DNA of 64,000 nt, from positions 125,077-189,076 of the forward strand of contig JAGAJK010000077.1 in NCBI GenBank assembly GCA_017626145.1. The letters are read 5' to 3'. A model generated the notes under the pieces. It was not told the DNA's origin. It searched no databases and saw nothing but the letters and a program-made list of their open reading frames with translations. The position numbers and the translations under genes are program-made. This stretch comes from Clostridia bacterium. Lineage in GTDB: Bacteria; Bacillota; Clostridia; RGIG6154. Of the stretch, positions 56,681-64,000 are shown one piece after another (the stretch's first letter is position 1; each line of letters begins with the position of its first letter).

Positions 56681-59340
56681 GCTTTACATATCCCGGAAAA
56701 TCTTATAAAGCTCTTGATAATGTAAATATAAAAATTACATGCGGAGATTTTATAACTATTTGCGGTAAGTCCGGATGCGGTAAAACTACACTTTTGCGTC
56801 TTTTGAAAACTTCACTTGCACCTTGCGGGAAAATCGAAGGCAATATTCTTTTTGATGATAAGGCGTTAGATGAAATTGATACAAGAACCCAGTCTTCGGA
56901 AATAGGATTTGTCAGTCAGAATCCGGATAATCAGATTGTAACAGATATGGTATGGCATGAATTAGCTTTTGGGCTTGAAAGTCTTGGCTATTCTACTCCC
57001 GAAATAAGAAGCAGAGTAGCAGAAATGGCTTCGTTTTTCGGTATTCAGACGTGGTTTAATAAAAAAGTTACTGAGCTTTCAGGTGGACAGAAGCAATTGC
57101 TTAATTTAGCATCTGTGATGGTTATGCATCCATCTGTAATTATTCTTGACGAGCCTACGAGTCAACTTGATCCAATTGCTGCAAGTGAATTTATGAACAC
57201 TTTATCCAAGATAAACCAAGAAACAGGTACGACGGTAATTTTAAGTGAGCACAGACTTGAGGATGCCATTTCACTTTCAGATCGTGTAATTGTTTTAGAT
57301 GAAGGGAAGATTATTGTTGACAGTAGTCCTGAAAATGCAGCTAAAATTTTAAAAAGTATAAATAATGATATGTATATGGCAATGCCTGTTCCTATGAGAA
57401 TTTACGGTACTGTCGAAGGGGGAGATAAGTACCCGCTTACTGTTCGTGATGGCAGATTGTGGTTTGAACAATATGTTAAGGACAATACTGTTACATGTAA
57501 GAAAGCTGTAAAAAAGATAATAGAACATAAATCAGATGAAGCTGTTATTCAACTCAAGGATGTGTGGTACAGATACGAAAAAAACACGCCTGATATTTTA
57601 AAAGGCTTGAATATTAGTGTAAACAAGGGTGAATTTTTCGCAATCCTTGGCGGTAATGGTACAGGAAAAACAACTATGCTGTCGCTAATGAGCGGACTTT
57701 ATAAGCCTTATAGGGGAGAAGTTAAAGTTTTCGGTGAAAAATTGTCAGAAATAGAAAATTTATATACCGATATTCTCGGAGTGCTTCCTCAGGATCCTAA
57801 AACACTTTTTGTGAAAAAAACTGTAAAACTCGACTTGTTGGATATATTGTCAGACAAAAAAATATCAGTTTTACAAAAAGAAGAACTCATAAAAACTGTT
57901 ATTTCACTTTGCAGGATAGAAGAATTAATAAATAACCATCCGTATGATTTATCAGGAGGTGAACAGCAACGTGCAGCACTTGCAAAAATTCTTCTGAAAT
58001 CACCTGAAATTTTAATTCTTGATGAACCTACTAAAGGAATGGACGCACATTTTAAGAAAGAATTCGCAGATATATTAAGTGATTTAAAATCTGAAGGTGT
58101 TACCATTGTTATGGTATCGCACGATATTGAATTTTGTGCAGAAAATGCTGACAGATGTGCACTTATGTTTGATGGGAATATAATATCCTCGGATGAGCCT
58201 GAAGCATTTTTTTCAGGAAAAAGTTTTTATACCACAGCTGCAAATCGTATGGTGCGCTCAGTATTTCCTGAACTGATTCTTGCACGTGATGTTATATATG
58301 CTTGCAAAGGGAATGTTTATGCTACCGATAAACATACTGCTGAAACAGAAAATAAAAAACTTGAATTTAACAATAAAATTGTTGAATCTAAGGGACAAAA
58401 TACAAACAAATCGTTTGTGAAAATCACCTTTGGAACTATATTTTTGCTCCTGTTTATTATTACAACTTCTGCTCAGCTAACTGATATGTATATACCATAT
58501 TTTTCATCTTTAAAGCTGACGAATACTATTGCTTTTCAGTTAATATCAATTGTGGAAATAACAGCGGTTTTGATTTGTTTTTTGCCATCAGGGAAGGTAA
58601 GTAGTCATAAAATTATTCATACCGAATTTAATGGAAATTTATCCAAGAGAAGTATTGTTGCAACCTTTATGAGCCTTTTTGCAGTCCCGCTTACTATATA
58701 CATTGGTATGGTTTATTTTAACGATAAAAAGTATTATTTTATTAGTATGATTATAATTCTTGAAACTATGATGCCTTTTTTAGTGGCATTTGAAAATCGC
58801 AGACCTCAGGCCAGAGAGCTTGTTGTAATCAGTGTGATGTGTGCTATAGCGGTTGCCGGAAGAACTGCCTTTTTTATGCTACCACAGTTTAAACCTGTTA
58901 CTGCTTTAATAATAATAACCGGTGTATGCTTTGGAAGTGAGACAGGCTTTTTGGTAGGAGTTGTTACGGGATTTGTATCTAACTTCTTTTTTGGACAAGG
59001 CCCCTGGACTCAATGGCAGATGCTTGCTTGGGGTTTAATTGGATTTATTTCAGGTGTTTTTTCAAAAACAGGGCTTTTAAAAGTAAATAAGATTTCACTT
59101 TCTCTTTTTGGTGGAATAGTCACATTTGTTATTTATGGAGGTATCATAAATCTTTCTTCGGTATTTATGATGGAGAGCGATCCTTCGATAGAAATGTTTT
59201 TATCTTATTATGTTGCCGGTGCACCCTTTGACTTAATTCATGCTGCATCAACAGCGTTTTTTATGTGGTTTACTTCTGAAACTATGATAGAGAAAATTGA
59301 GAGGGTTAAAACAAAATATGGGCTTGTCGGCAGTAAATAA
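56653..59340 (+). CDS. ECF transporter duplicated ATPase (A-A') fused to a C-terminal S-component-like membrane domain
   Basis: Two NBDs (GKSGCGKTT, LSGGQKQ, ILDEPTSQLD, then GGNGTGKTT, LSGGEQQR, LILDEPTKGMD), followed by about 310 aa with at least 8 TM helices. The last part includes the S-component-like GQGPWTQWQMLAWGLIGF. Start overlaps the ecfT stop. Confidence 0.8.
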   Translation: METYRIENLSFTYPGKSYKALDNVNIKITCGDFITICGKSGCGKTTLLRLLKTSLAPCGKIEGNILFDDKALDEIDTRTQSSEIGFVSQNPDNQIVTDMVWHELAFGLESLGYSTPEIRSRVAEMASFFGIQTWFNKKVTELSGGQKQLLNLASVMVMHPSVIILDEPTSQLDPIAASEFMNTLSKINQETGTTVILSEHRLEDAISLSDRVIVLDEGKIIVDSSPENAAKILKSINNDMYMAMPVPMRIYGTVEGGDKYPLTVRDGRLWFEQYVKDNTVTCKKAVKKIIEHKSDEAVIQLKDVWYRYEKNTPDILKGLNISVNKGEFFAILGGNGTGKTTMLSLMSGLYKPYRGEVKVFGEKLSEIENLYTDILGVLPQDPKTLFVKKTVKLDLLDILSDKKISVLQKEELIKTVISLCRIEELINNHPYDLSGGEQQRAALAKILLKSPEILILDEPTKGMDAHFKKEFADILSDLKSEGVTIVMVSHDIEFCAENADRCALMFDGNIISSDEPEAFFSGKSFYTTAANRMVRSVFPELILARDVIYACKGNVYATDKHTAETENKKLEFNNKIVESKGQNTNKSFVKITFGTIFLLLFIITTSAQLTDMYIPYFSSLKLTNTIAFQLISIVEITAVLICFLPSGKVSSHKIIHTEFNGNLSKRSIVATFMSLFAVPLTIYIGMVYFNDKKYYFISMIIILETMMPFLVAFENRRPQARELVVISVMCAIAVAGRTAFFMLPQFKPVTALIIITGVCFGSETGFLVGVVTGFVSNFFFGQGPWTQWQMLAWGLIGFISGVFSKTGLLKVNKISLSLFGGIVTFVIYGGIINLSSVFMMESDPSIEMFLSYYVAGAPFDLIHAASTAFFMWFTSETMIEKIERVKTKYGLVGSK

Positions 59341-59361
59341 ACTTATGATACGAGGTGTGAG

Positions 59362-60132
59362 ATGGGAAAATTTGACGGATATTTGATATGTTCAGATTTA
59401 GATGGAACATTTAGAAATAAAATTGATATTGAGCCAAACTTACGGGCTGTAAAATATTTTACTGATAATGGCGGTAAGTTTACATTCGCAACAGGCAGAA
59501 CTGTATCGCATCTTGAAAAATTAAATTATAATCATATTATTAACGCACCTGCCTGTATCTGTAATGGTGCAGTTGTTTATGATGGCACAACTCAAAAAGT
59601 TCTTCGTGAAGCACGTCTTGAATTTAAGGTGATGGATTTTATTGATGTAATAAAAAGATATAATGGAAGCATTCAGGGGGTAAGTATATACAACAGCTGC
59701 TTTGAGGATGAATATAATTGCCGGGAAATTAATAGCATTTCAAACGATATAATGTGTTTAAATCCATTAAAAATTGTATGTGTTTTTTTGACACCTGAAG
59801 AAACGGAAGAATTTAAAAATTTTGCAAGAAATGAATATTTATTTGAAACCAGCTATATAGGCAGATCCTGGAGTACAGGTGTAGAATTTAACTCAATTAA
59901 TGCAACTAAAGGATGTGCTCTTGATTTTATTAAATCACAACTTGATAACATCCACACCACTATTGGAATCGGTGATTATGAGAATGATATTCCGCTTCTT
60001 AGTCATGCAGATATAGGTGTTGCTGTAAACAATGCCTTAGAAATAGTAAAGAGCTCTGCAGACATAATGGTTAAACCTTGCGAAGAATCTGCTGTTGCTG
60101 ATTTAATAAGTATACTCGACAGTAAAATTTGA
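59362..60132 (+). CDS. Cof-type HAD-IIB family hydrolase
   Basis: Motif I (ICSDLDGTF), motif II (FTFATGR) and motif IV (GIGDYENDIPLLSHADIGVAVNNA). Confidence 0.8.
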   Translation: MGKFDGYLICSDLDGTFRNKIDIEPNLRAVKYFTDNGGKFTFATGRTVSHLEKLNYNHIINAPACICNGAVVYDGTTQKVLREARLEFKVMDFIDVIKRYNGSIQGVSIYNSCFEDEYNCREINSISNDIMCLNPLKIVCVFLTPEETEEFKNFARNEYLFETSYIGRSWSTGVEFNSINATKGCALDFIKSQLDNIHTTIGIGDYENDIPLLSHADIGVAVNNALEIVKSSADIMVKPCEESAVADLISILDSKI

Positions 60133-60326
60133 AATTTTAAATATATATGTCTAAAACAGTAAAATGAATGCAAATGACGGATTACTTGCAAAATAATCTT
60201 TAAAAATTCATGTTTTAACCTGATTTGTAATTAATTTTGAAATTTAAATCATTAAAAAATGCAAAATATGGTTGACAAATTCCAGAACATGAGTTACAAT
60301 GTATATAATGTTTAGGAGGTTTTATT

Positions 60327-61073
60327 ATGAAAAAGATTTTAGGAATTGTGCTCGCAGTTTTGTTATGTTTAAGCTTTGCGGGCTGTGGAGAACAGAAAGC
60401 AGATTATGTTATCGGAACAGATAAAGGTTTTAGTCCATTCGAGTTTCAGGATGCAGACGGAAATATTGTAGGTATTGATATGGATATATTAGCTGCTATT
60501 GCTGAAGATCAGGGATTTACTTATGAATTACAGTATATCGGTTGGGATGCAGCTATTGCAGCTTGTCAGGCAGGACAGGCTGATGGTATGATCGCCGGTG
60601 CTTCTATTACAGATGAAAGAAAAGCAAGCGGCTGGATTTTCTCAGATGGTTATTATGATGCAACTCAGGGTATGGCAGTAGCTAGTGATTCTGACATTAC
60701 AGGTTTTGAAGATTTGAAGGGCAAGAAGGTTGCTGTTAAAAATGGTACAATGAGCAATCAGTATGCTGAAGAAATTAAAGATAAATATGGCTTTGAGGTA
60801 GTTACATTCTCAACATCTCCTGATATGTATCAGGCAGTTACCGGTGGACAGGTAGAAGCATGTTTCGATGATACTCCTATTCTTAAGTATAATATTAAGA
60901 TCGGCGAATTAGATATGAAATTTGTTGAAGGCACAGAAAATGAACCTGCACAGTATGGTTTCGCTATTTTCGACAGTAACAATCAGGAACTCGTTGATCG
61001 TTTCAATGCAGGACTTAAGAATATCCGTGAAAACGGAAAATATGACGAGATTATAGCTAAATATCTCGGATAA
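60327..61073 (+). CDS. amino-acid ABC transporter substrate-binding lipoprotein
   Basis: Lipobox LSFAGC, followed by a type-II periplasmic-binding fold (YVIGTDKGFSPFEF...GIDMDILAAIA). Promoter is TTGACA, 17-nt spacer, TACAAT. Confidence 0.85.
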   Translation: MKKILGIVLAVLLCLSFAGCGEQKADYVIGTDKGFSPFEFQDADGNIVGIDMDILAAIAEDQGFTYELQYIGWDAAIAACQAGQADGMIAGASITDERKASGWIFSDGYYDATQGMAVASDSDITGFEDLKGKKVAVKNGTMSNQYAEEIKDKYGFEVVTFSTSPDMYQAVTGGQVEACFDDTPILKYNIKIGELDMKFVEGTENEPAQYGFAIFDSNNQELVDRFNAGLKNIRENGKYDEIIAKYLG

Positions 61074-61157
61074 TTAAAAAAATATTCCAATAATTTTAAT
61101 GATTCAGGGCGTTGGACAATCCGATGCCCTTGAAAATTGTTAGGAGGATTTTATTCT

Positions 61158-61829
61158 ATGATTGGTATTATGACCACCTATGGTCCTCTTTTGCTCCAGG
61201 CTATGGGGCAGACATTGTTACTTGCACTTCTTGGACTTTTTTTTGGTTGTATACTTGGTATAATTTTCGGACTTGCAAGTGTTGTTGATAATAAGTTAAG
61301 CAGAACTATTTCTGCAATTTACGTTAACGTTATAAGAGGCGTACCTATGATAGTACTTGCTTTCTTTGTGTTTTACGGTGTTCCATACGGATTGCGCACA
61401 TTATTTGACACACGTTACGTATTGACATCATTACAGGCAGGTACGATTTGTCTTGCACTTAATTGTGGAGCATATATGTCTGAAATTATACGTGCGGGAA
61501 TTCAGGCAATTGATCCCGGACAAATGGAAGCAGCAAGAAGCCTTGGTTTATCATATTGGAGATCGATGTTTCGTGTTGTTTTGCCTCAGGCAATTAAAAA
61601 TATGATTCCAAGTATAGTTAATCAGTTTATTATCACGCTAAAAGATACATCGATTCTTTCGGTTATCGGATTTCCGGAATTGGTTAATAAAGCTCAGAAT
61701 GTTATTGCTATTACATTTAAATCTTTTGAGATGTGGGCGATAGTTGCGGTGATGTACCTTGTGGTAATACTGGCTCTTCAGCAGGTAGCTAAAGCACTTG
61801 AAAGGAGATTAAACCGTGGTCGCAGATAA
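61158..61829 (+). CDS. amino-acid ABC transporter permease (His/Gln/Arg/opine family)
   Basis: EAA-type loop ([29 protein letters not shown]). I chose the start at MIGIMTT, which has an AGGAGG RBS. The track ORF starts at 61137. Confidence 0.85.
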   Translation: MIGIMTTYGPLLLQAMGQTLLLALLGLFFGCILGIIFGLASVVDNKLSRTISAIYVNVIRGVPMIVLAFFVFYGVPYGLRTLFDTRYVLTSLQAGTICLALNCGAYMSEIIRAGIQAIDPGQMEAARSLGLSYWRSMFRVVLPQAIKNMIPSIVNQFIITLKDTSILSVIGFPELVNKAQNVIAITFKSFEMWAIVAVMYLVVILALQQVAKALERRLNRGRR

Positions 61830-62562
61830 AAATAAAGTTAAAATCAGTGTGAAAAACCTGACAAAAAAATTCGGACACAATAATGTTTTAAATGGAATAT
61901 CAATTGATATTTATGAGGGTGAAGTTGTTTGCGTAATTGGTCCGTCGGGTTCAGGCAAGTCAACTTTTTTAAGATGTATTAATAAGCTTGAAAATGCTAC
62001 TTCGGGTGAAATTGTTGTAGGCGAACATCATATTAATGATAAAAAATTAAATATTAATAAGGTTCGTGAAAATATAGGTATGGTTTTTCAACATTTTAAT
62101 TTGTTTGCAAATATGAATGTTCTTGATAACCTTATGCTTGCTCCTGTTGATTTAAAAAAGAAATCTAAGGAAGAAGCAAGAGAGAATGCTTTAAGACTTT
62201 TAGAAACTGTTGGACTTTCTGACAAGACCGAAAGTTATCCATCGCAGCTTTCCGGAGGTCAGAAACAAAGAGTTGCCATTGCACGAGCTCTTGCAATGTC
62301 ACCTGATATTATGCTTTTTGATGAACCTACAAGTGCACTTGATCCTGAAATGGTAGGAGAGGTGCTTGCTGTAATGAAGGATCTTGCTAAAAAAGGAATG
62401 ACTATGGTAGTGGTTACACATGAAATGGGATTCGCTCGTGAGGTAGCAGATCGTGTATTATTCATTGATGAAGGTGTTATATTGGAGGAAGGTTCTCCTG
62501 AAGAAATTTTTTCATCTCCTAAACACCCAAGAACCATAGATTTTCTGAATAAAGTATTATAA
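61816..62562 (+). CDS. amino-acid ABC transporter ATP-binding protein
   Basis: Walker [11 protein letters not shown]-loop, signature [15 protein letters not shown] and Walker [15 protein letters not shown] start overlaps the permease stop. Confidence 0.9.
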   Translation: MVADKNKVKISVKNLTKKFGHNNVLNGISIDIYEGEVVCVIGPSGSGKSTFLRCINKLENATSGEIVVGEHHINDKKLNINKVRENIGMVFQHFNLFANMNVLDNLMLAPVDLKKKSKEEARENALRLLETVGLSDKTESYPSQLSGGQKQRVAIARALAMSPDIMLFDEPTSALDPEMVGEVLAVMKDLAKKGMTMVVVTHEMGFAREVADRVLFIDEGVILEEGSPEEIFSSPKHPRTIDFLNKVL

Positions 62563-62624
62563 TTATTTGAGGCAGTTTTTATTTTGTAAAGATTACCTTG
62601 TATTTTTGATAATTAAGGTGTTAG

Positions 62625-62660
62625 AAAACCTCTGAAGTTGAAAGACTTCAGAGGCTTTTT
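62625..62660. terminator. bidirectional intrinsic terminator
   Basis: CCTCTGAAGT-tgaaag-ACTTCAGAGG followed by CTTTTT. Confidence 0.85.
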
Positions 62661-62669
62661 GTTGTAATA

Positions 62670-64000
62670 CTATTTTAGATTTTCAAGTGAGTTTTTTGCA
62701 CTTTCTACAGATAAATTATATCGTTGCCATCTGGATGGAATTTGAGAATTAGTATTATTAATAAGAAAATTTTTAATGCGTTCTTTTAAAGCTAAATCAT
62801 TTGTATTTCTGTATAAATATTCCAACGGTTTAGAGGCATCGGCTGAAAGGGTAAATACATAGTCAATGCTTTCTCTTTCTCCGTTGAGATATTTATTTAT
62901 CTGGTTTTGTGCAATAATTGTATCTGTAGGTAACAAATTCAAAAATAAGTAATATGCAAGTGAGATGCAGAGATAAATTAAAGTTATATTAAACTGCGGT
63001 TTAGCTATATAAAAATATGTAACAATAAGTCCAATAGTTTCAAATACTAAAAATAACATAACAAAGGTTCTCAGTCGAGTCAGTCCGTCATCGTTAGTAT
63101 AAAGCCACATGCGATAAAATGATGAAATAAGTAATATCATTGTTATACTGCACATATAGTGGCATAAGAATTTAGTAACGATTGCCCAGATTCCGCGGCT
63201 TTGTTTTGTAAATTGAACTGAAGCGAGAATTCCTATAATATTAATTACAGTCAACAAAAGTAATTCGAAAAAACCTTTTCTTGCATATTCTGTGTATGTA
63301 AGATTGTTGGGGAGTTGAGTGCCGGCAAACAAGTACTTAAATTGAATTACAACAAATGCAGTGTATATTGTCAGAAGTACTGTAAGCAGTATGTTTATTA
63401 TAATTAAATCGCCACTACATTCCATAGGCTTGATATTCTTGATTTTATCATCACGATTATAAGTACTATAAATAACACCAAATGCATATAATCCGGTTAT
63501 AATTCCGCATATTATAAGAAAAACAGTGTGTAAGTTTATTTTGCTGAATATGTTTTTTATAAAGGCTTCGGCTTTTAATGAGAAAACCATATCGGCATTA
63601 GCGAGAATCAATGTCAGGAATATGGCACACGGAAGTGCCAGCACTAAAGCCATCGCTATTCTTTTTAACACTGTTGTTTTAGTAGTCCCTATTTTAAATG
63701 CCCATTCAAAAGGTAATTTAAAATAGTTAAAAGGAGATAAAATTTTTCTTGTGATATCTTCCAGATAAACAGTTGTATCAACTTTAAAATTAAATTCTTG
63801 CGATATACATGCAAATAACGCAAGGCATATTATCAAATTTGTTAATTTCCATATTTCGTTTGCACTTATAAATGAATTTAGTGACATAATAAATATTGGC
63901 AAGAAAGTTATAATTGTTTTTTTACCGGGTATAAAAAAACGTGCAAATGAAAATTGTATTATTACAAAAATAACCGGACCGATACCTGAATTTTCCGGCA
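62670..64000 (-). CDS. polytopic membrane protein (DUF4153-like), N-terminus beyond the window
   Basis: More than 10 TM helices. The reading frame stays open upstream of the track's first Met, through 64000. Confidence 0.55.
   Translation of the reverse strand, partial: PENSGIGPVIFVIIQFSFARFFIPGKKTIITFLPIFIMSLNSFISANEIWKLTNLIICLALFACISQEFNFKVDTTVYLEDITRKILSPFNYFKLPFEWAFKIGTTKTTVLKRIAMALVLALPCAIFLTLILANADMVFSLKAEAFIKNIFSKINLHTVFLIICGIITGLYAFGVIYSTYNRDDKIKNIKPMECSGDLIIINILLTVLLTIYTAFVVIQFKYLFAGTQLPNNLTYTEYARKGFFELLLLTVINIIGILASVQFTKQSRGIWAIVTKFLCHYMCSITMILLISSFYRMWLYTNDDGLTRLRTFVMLFLVFETIGLIVTYFYIAKPQFNITLIYLCISLAYYLFLNLLPTDTIIAQNQINKYLNGERESIDYVFTLSADASKPLEYLYRNTNDLALKERIKNFLINNTNSQIPSRWQRYNLSVESAKNSLENLK

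Noticed and set aside
1-64000. CRISPR arrays, integrases, transposases, prophage genes
   Set aside because: I scanned for regularly spaced direct repeats and for recombinase or transposase-like ORFs and found none. Both tRNA genes have ordinary chromosomal neighbours.

Overview
This window looks like a chromosomal stretch of a low-GC Firmicutes (Clostridia-like) genome, with roughly 60 protein-coding genes on both strands. Most are core housekeeping genes. One is a 1167-aa pyruvate:ferredoxin oxidoreductase. Another block is mutS-mutL-miaA-hfq. A cell-division block runs sepF-yggT-divIVA-lspA-rluD. There are also citrate synthase, spoIID, an SLH-domain surface protein, topoisomerase III, nagA and a CwlD-like amidase. 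uvrB-uvrA is followed by the Bacillus-type acpS-nnrD-alr-mazE-mazF block, and a glnHPQ-like amino-acid ABC transporter sits near the end. Interleaved with these are small carbohydrate-utilisation loci under AraC or LysR regulators: a sugar-phosphate-isomerase/Gfo-Idh-MocA/SGNH operon, an LmbE-like deacetylase plus class II aldolase next to melA, and an esterase paired with a PQ-loop protein. A heterodimeric ABC exporter pair is also present. I found two tRNAs, tRNA-Leu(UAA) on the minus strand and tRNA-Gly(GCC) on the plus strand, and many clear intrinsic terminators and sigma-A-like promoters. I saw no CRISPR array, integrase, transposase or obvious prophage. Seven things stood out in the hunt. 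(1) An intact 608-aa ORF is colinear with a P1B-type P-type ATPase but has every catalytic motif substituted. (2) A cobalamin riboswitch lies in front of an ECF transporter whose duplicated ATPase is fused to a C-terminal S-component-like membrane domain. (3) A roughly 90-nt three-way-junction RNA candidate sits between two terminators. (4) Two convergent genes end inside a perfect 18-bp palindrome that also forms a bidirectional terminator. (5) A near-perfect 17-bp-arm palindrome and a long structured leader lie between a LysR regulator and an EamA exporter. (6) A glycyl-radical-enzyme activase is co-operonic with a patatin-like phospholipase with no glycyl radical enzyme in view. (7) An oxidoreductase/TIM-barrel/SGNH cassette resembles oxidative glycoside-cleavage systems. 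All of this was read by eye from the sequence and the ORF track. No database searches were run, so every homology call is pattern recognition and needs checking.
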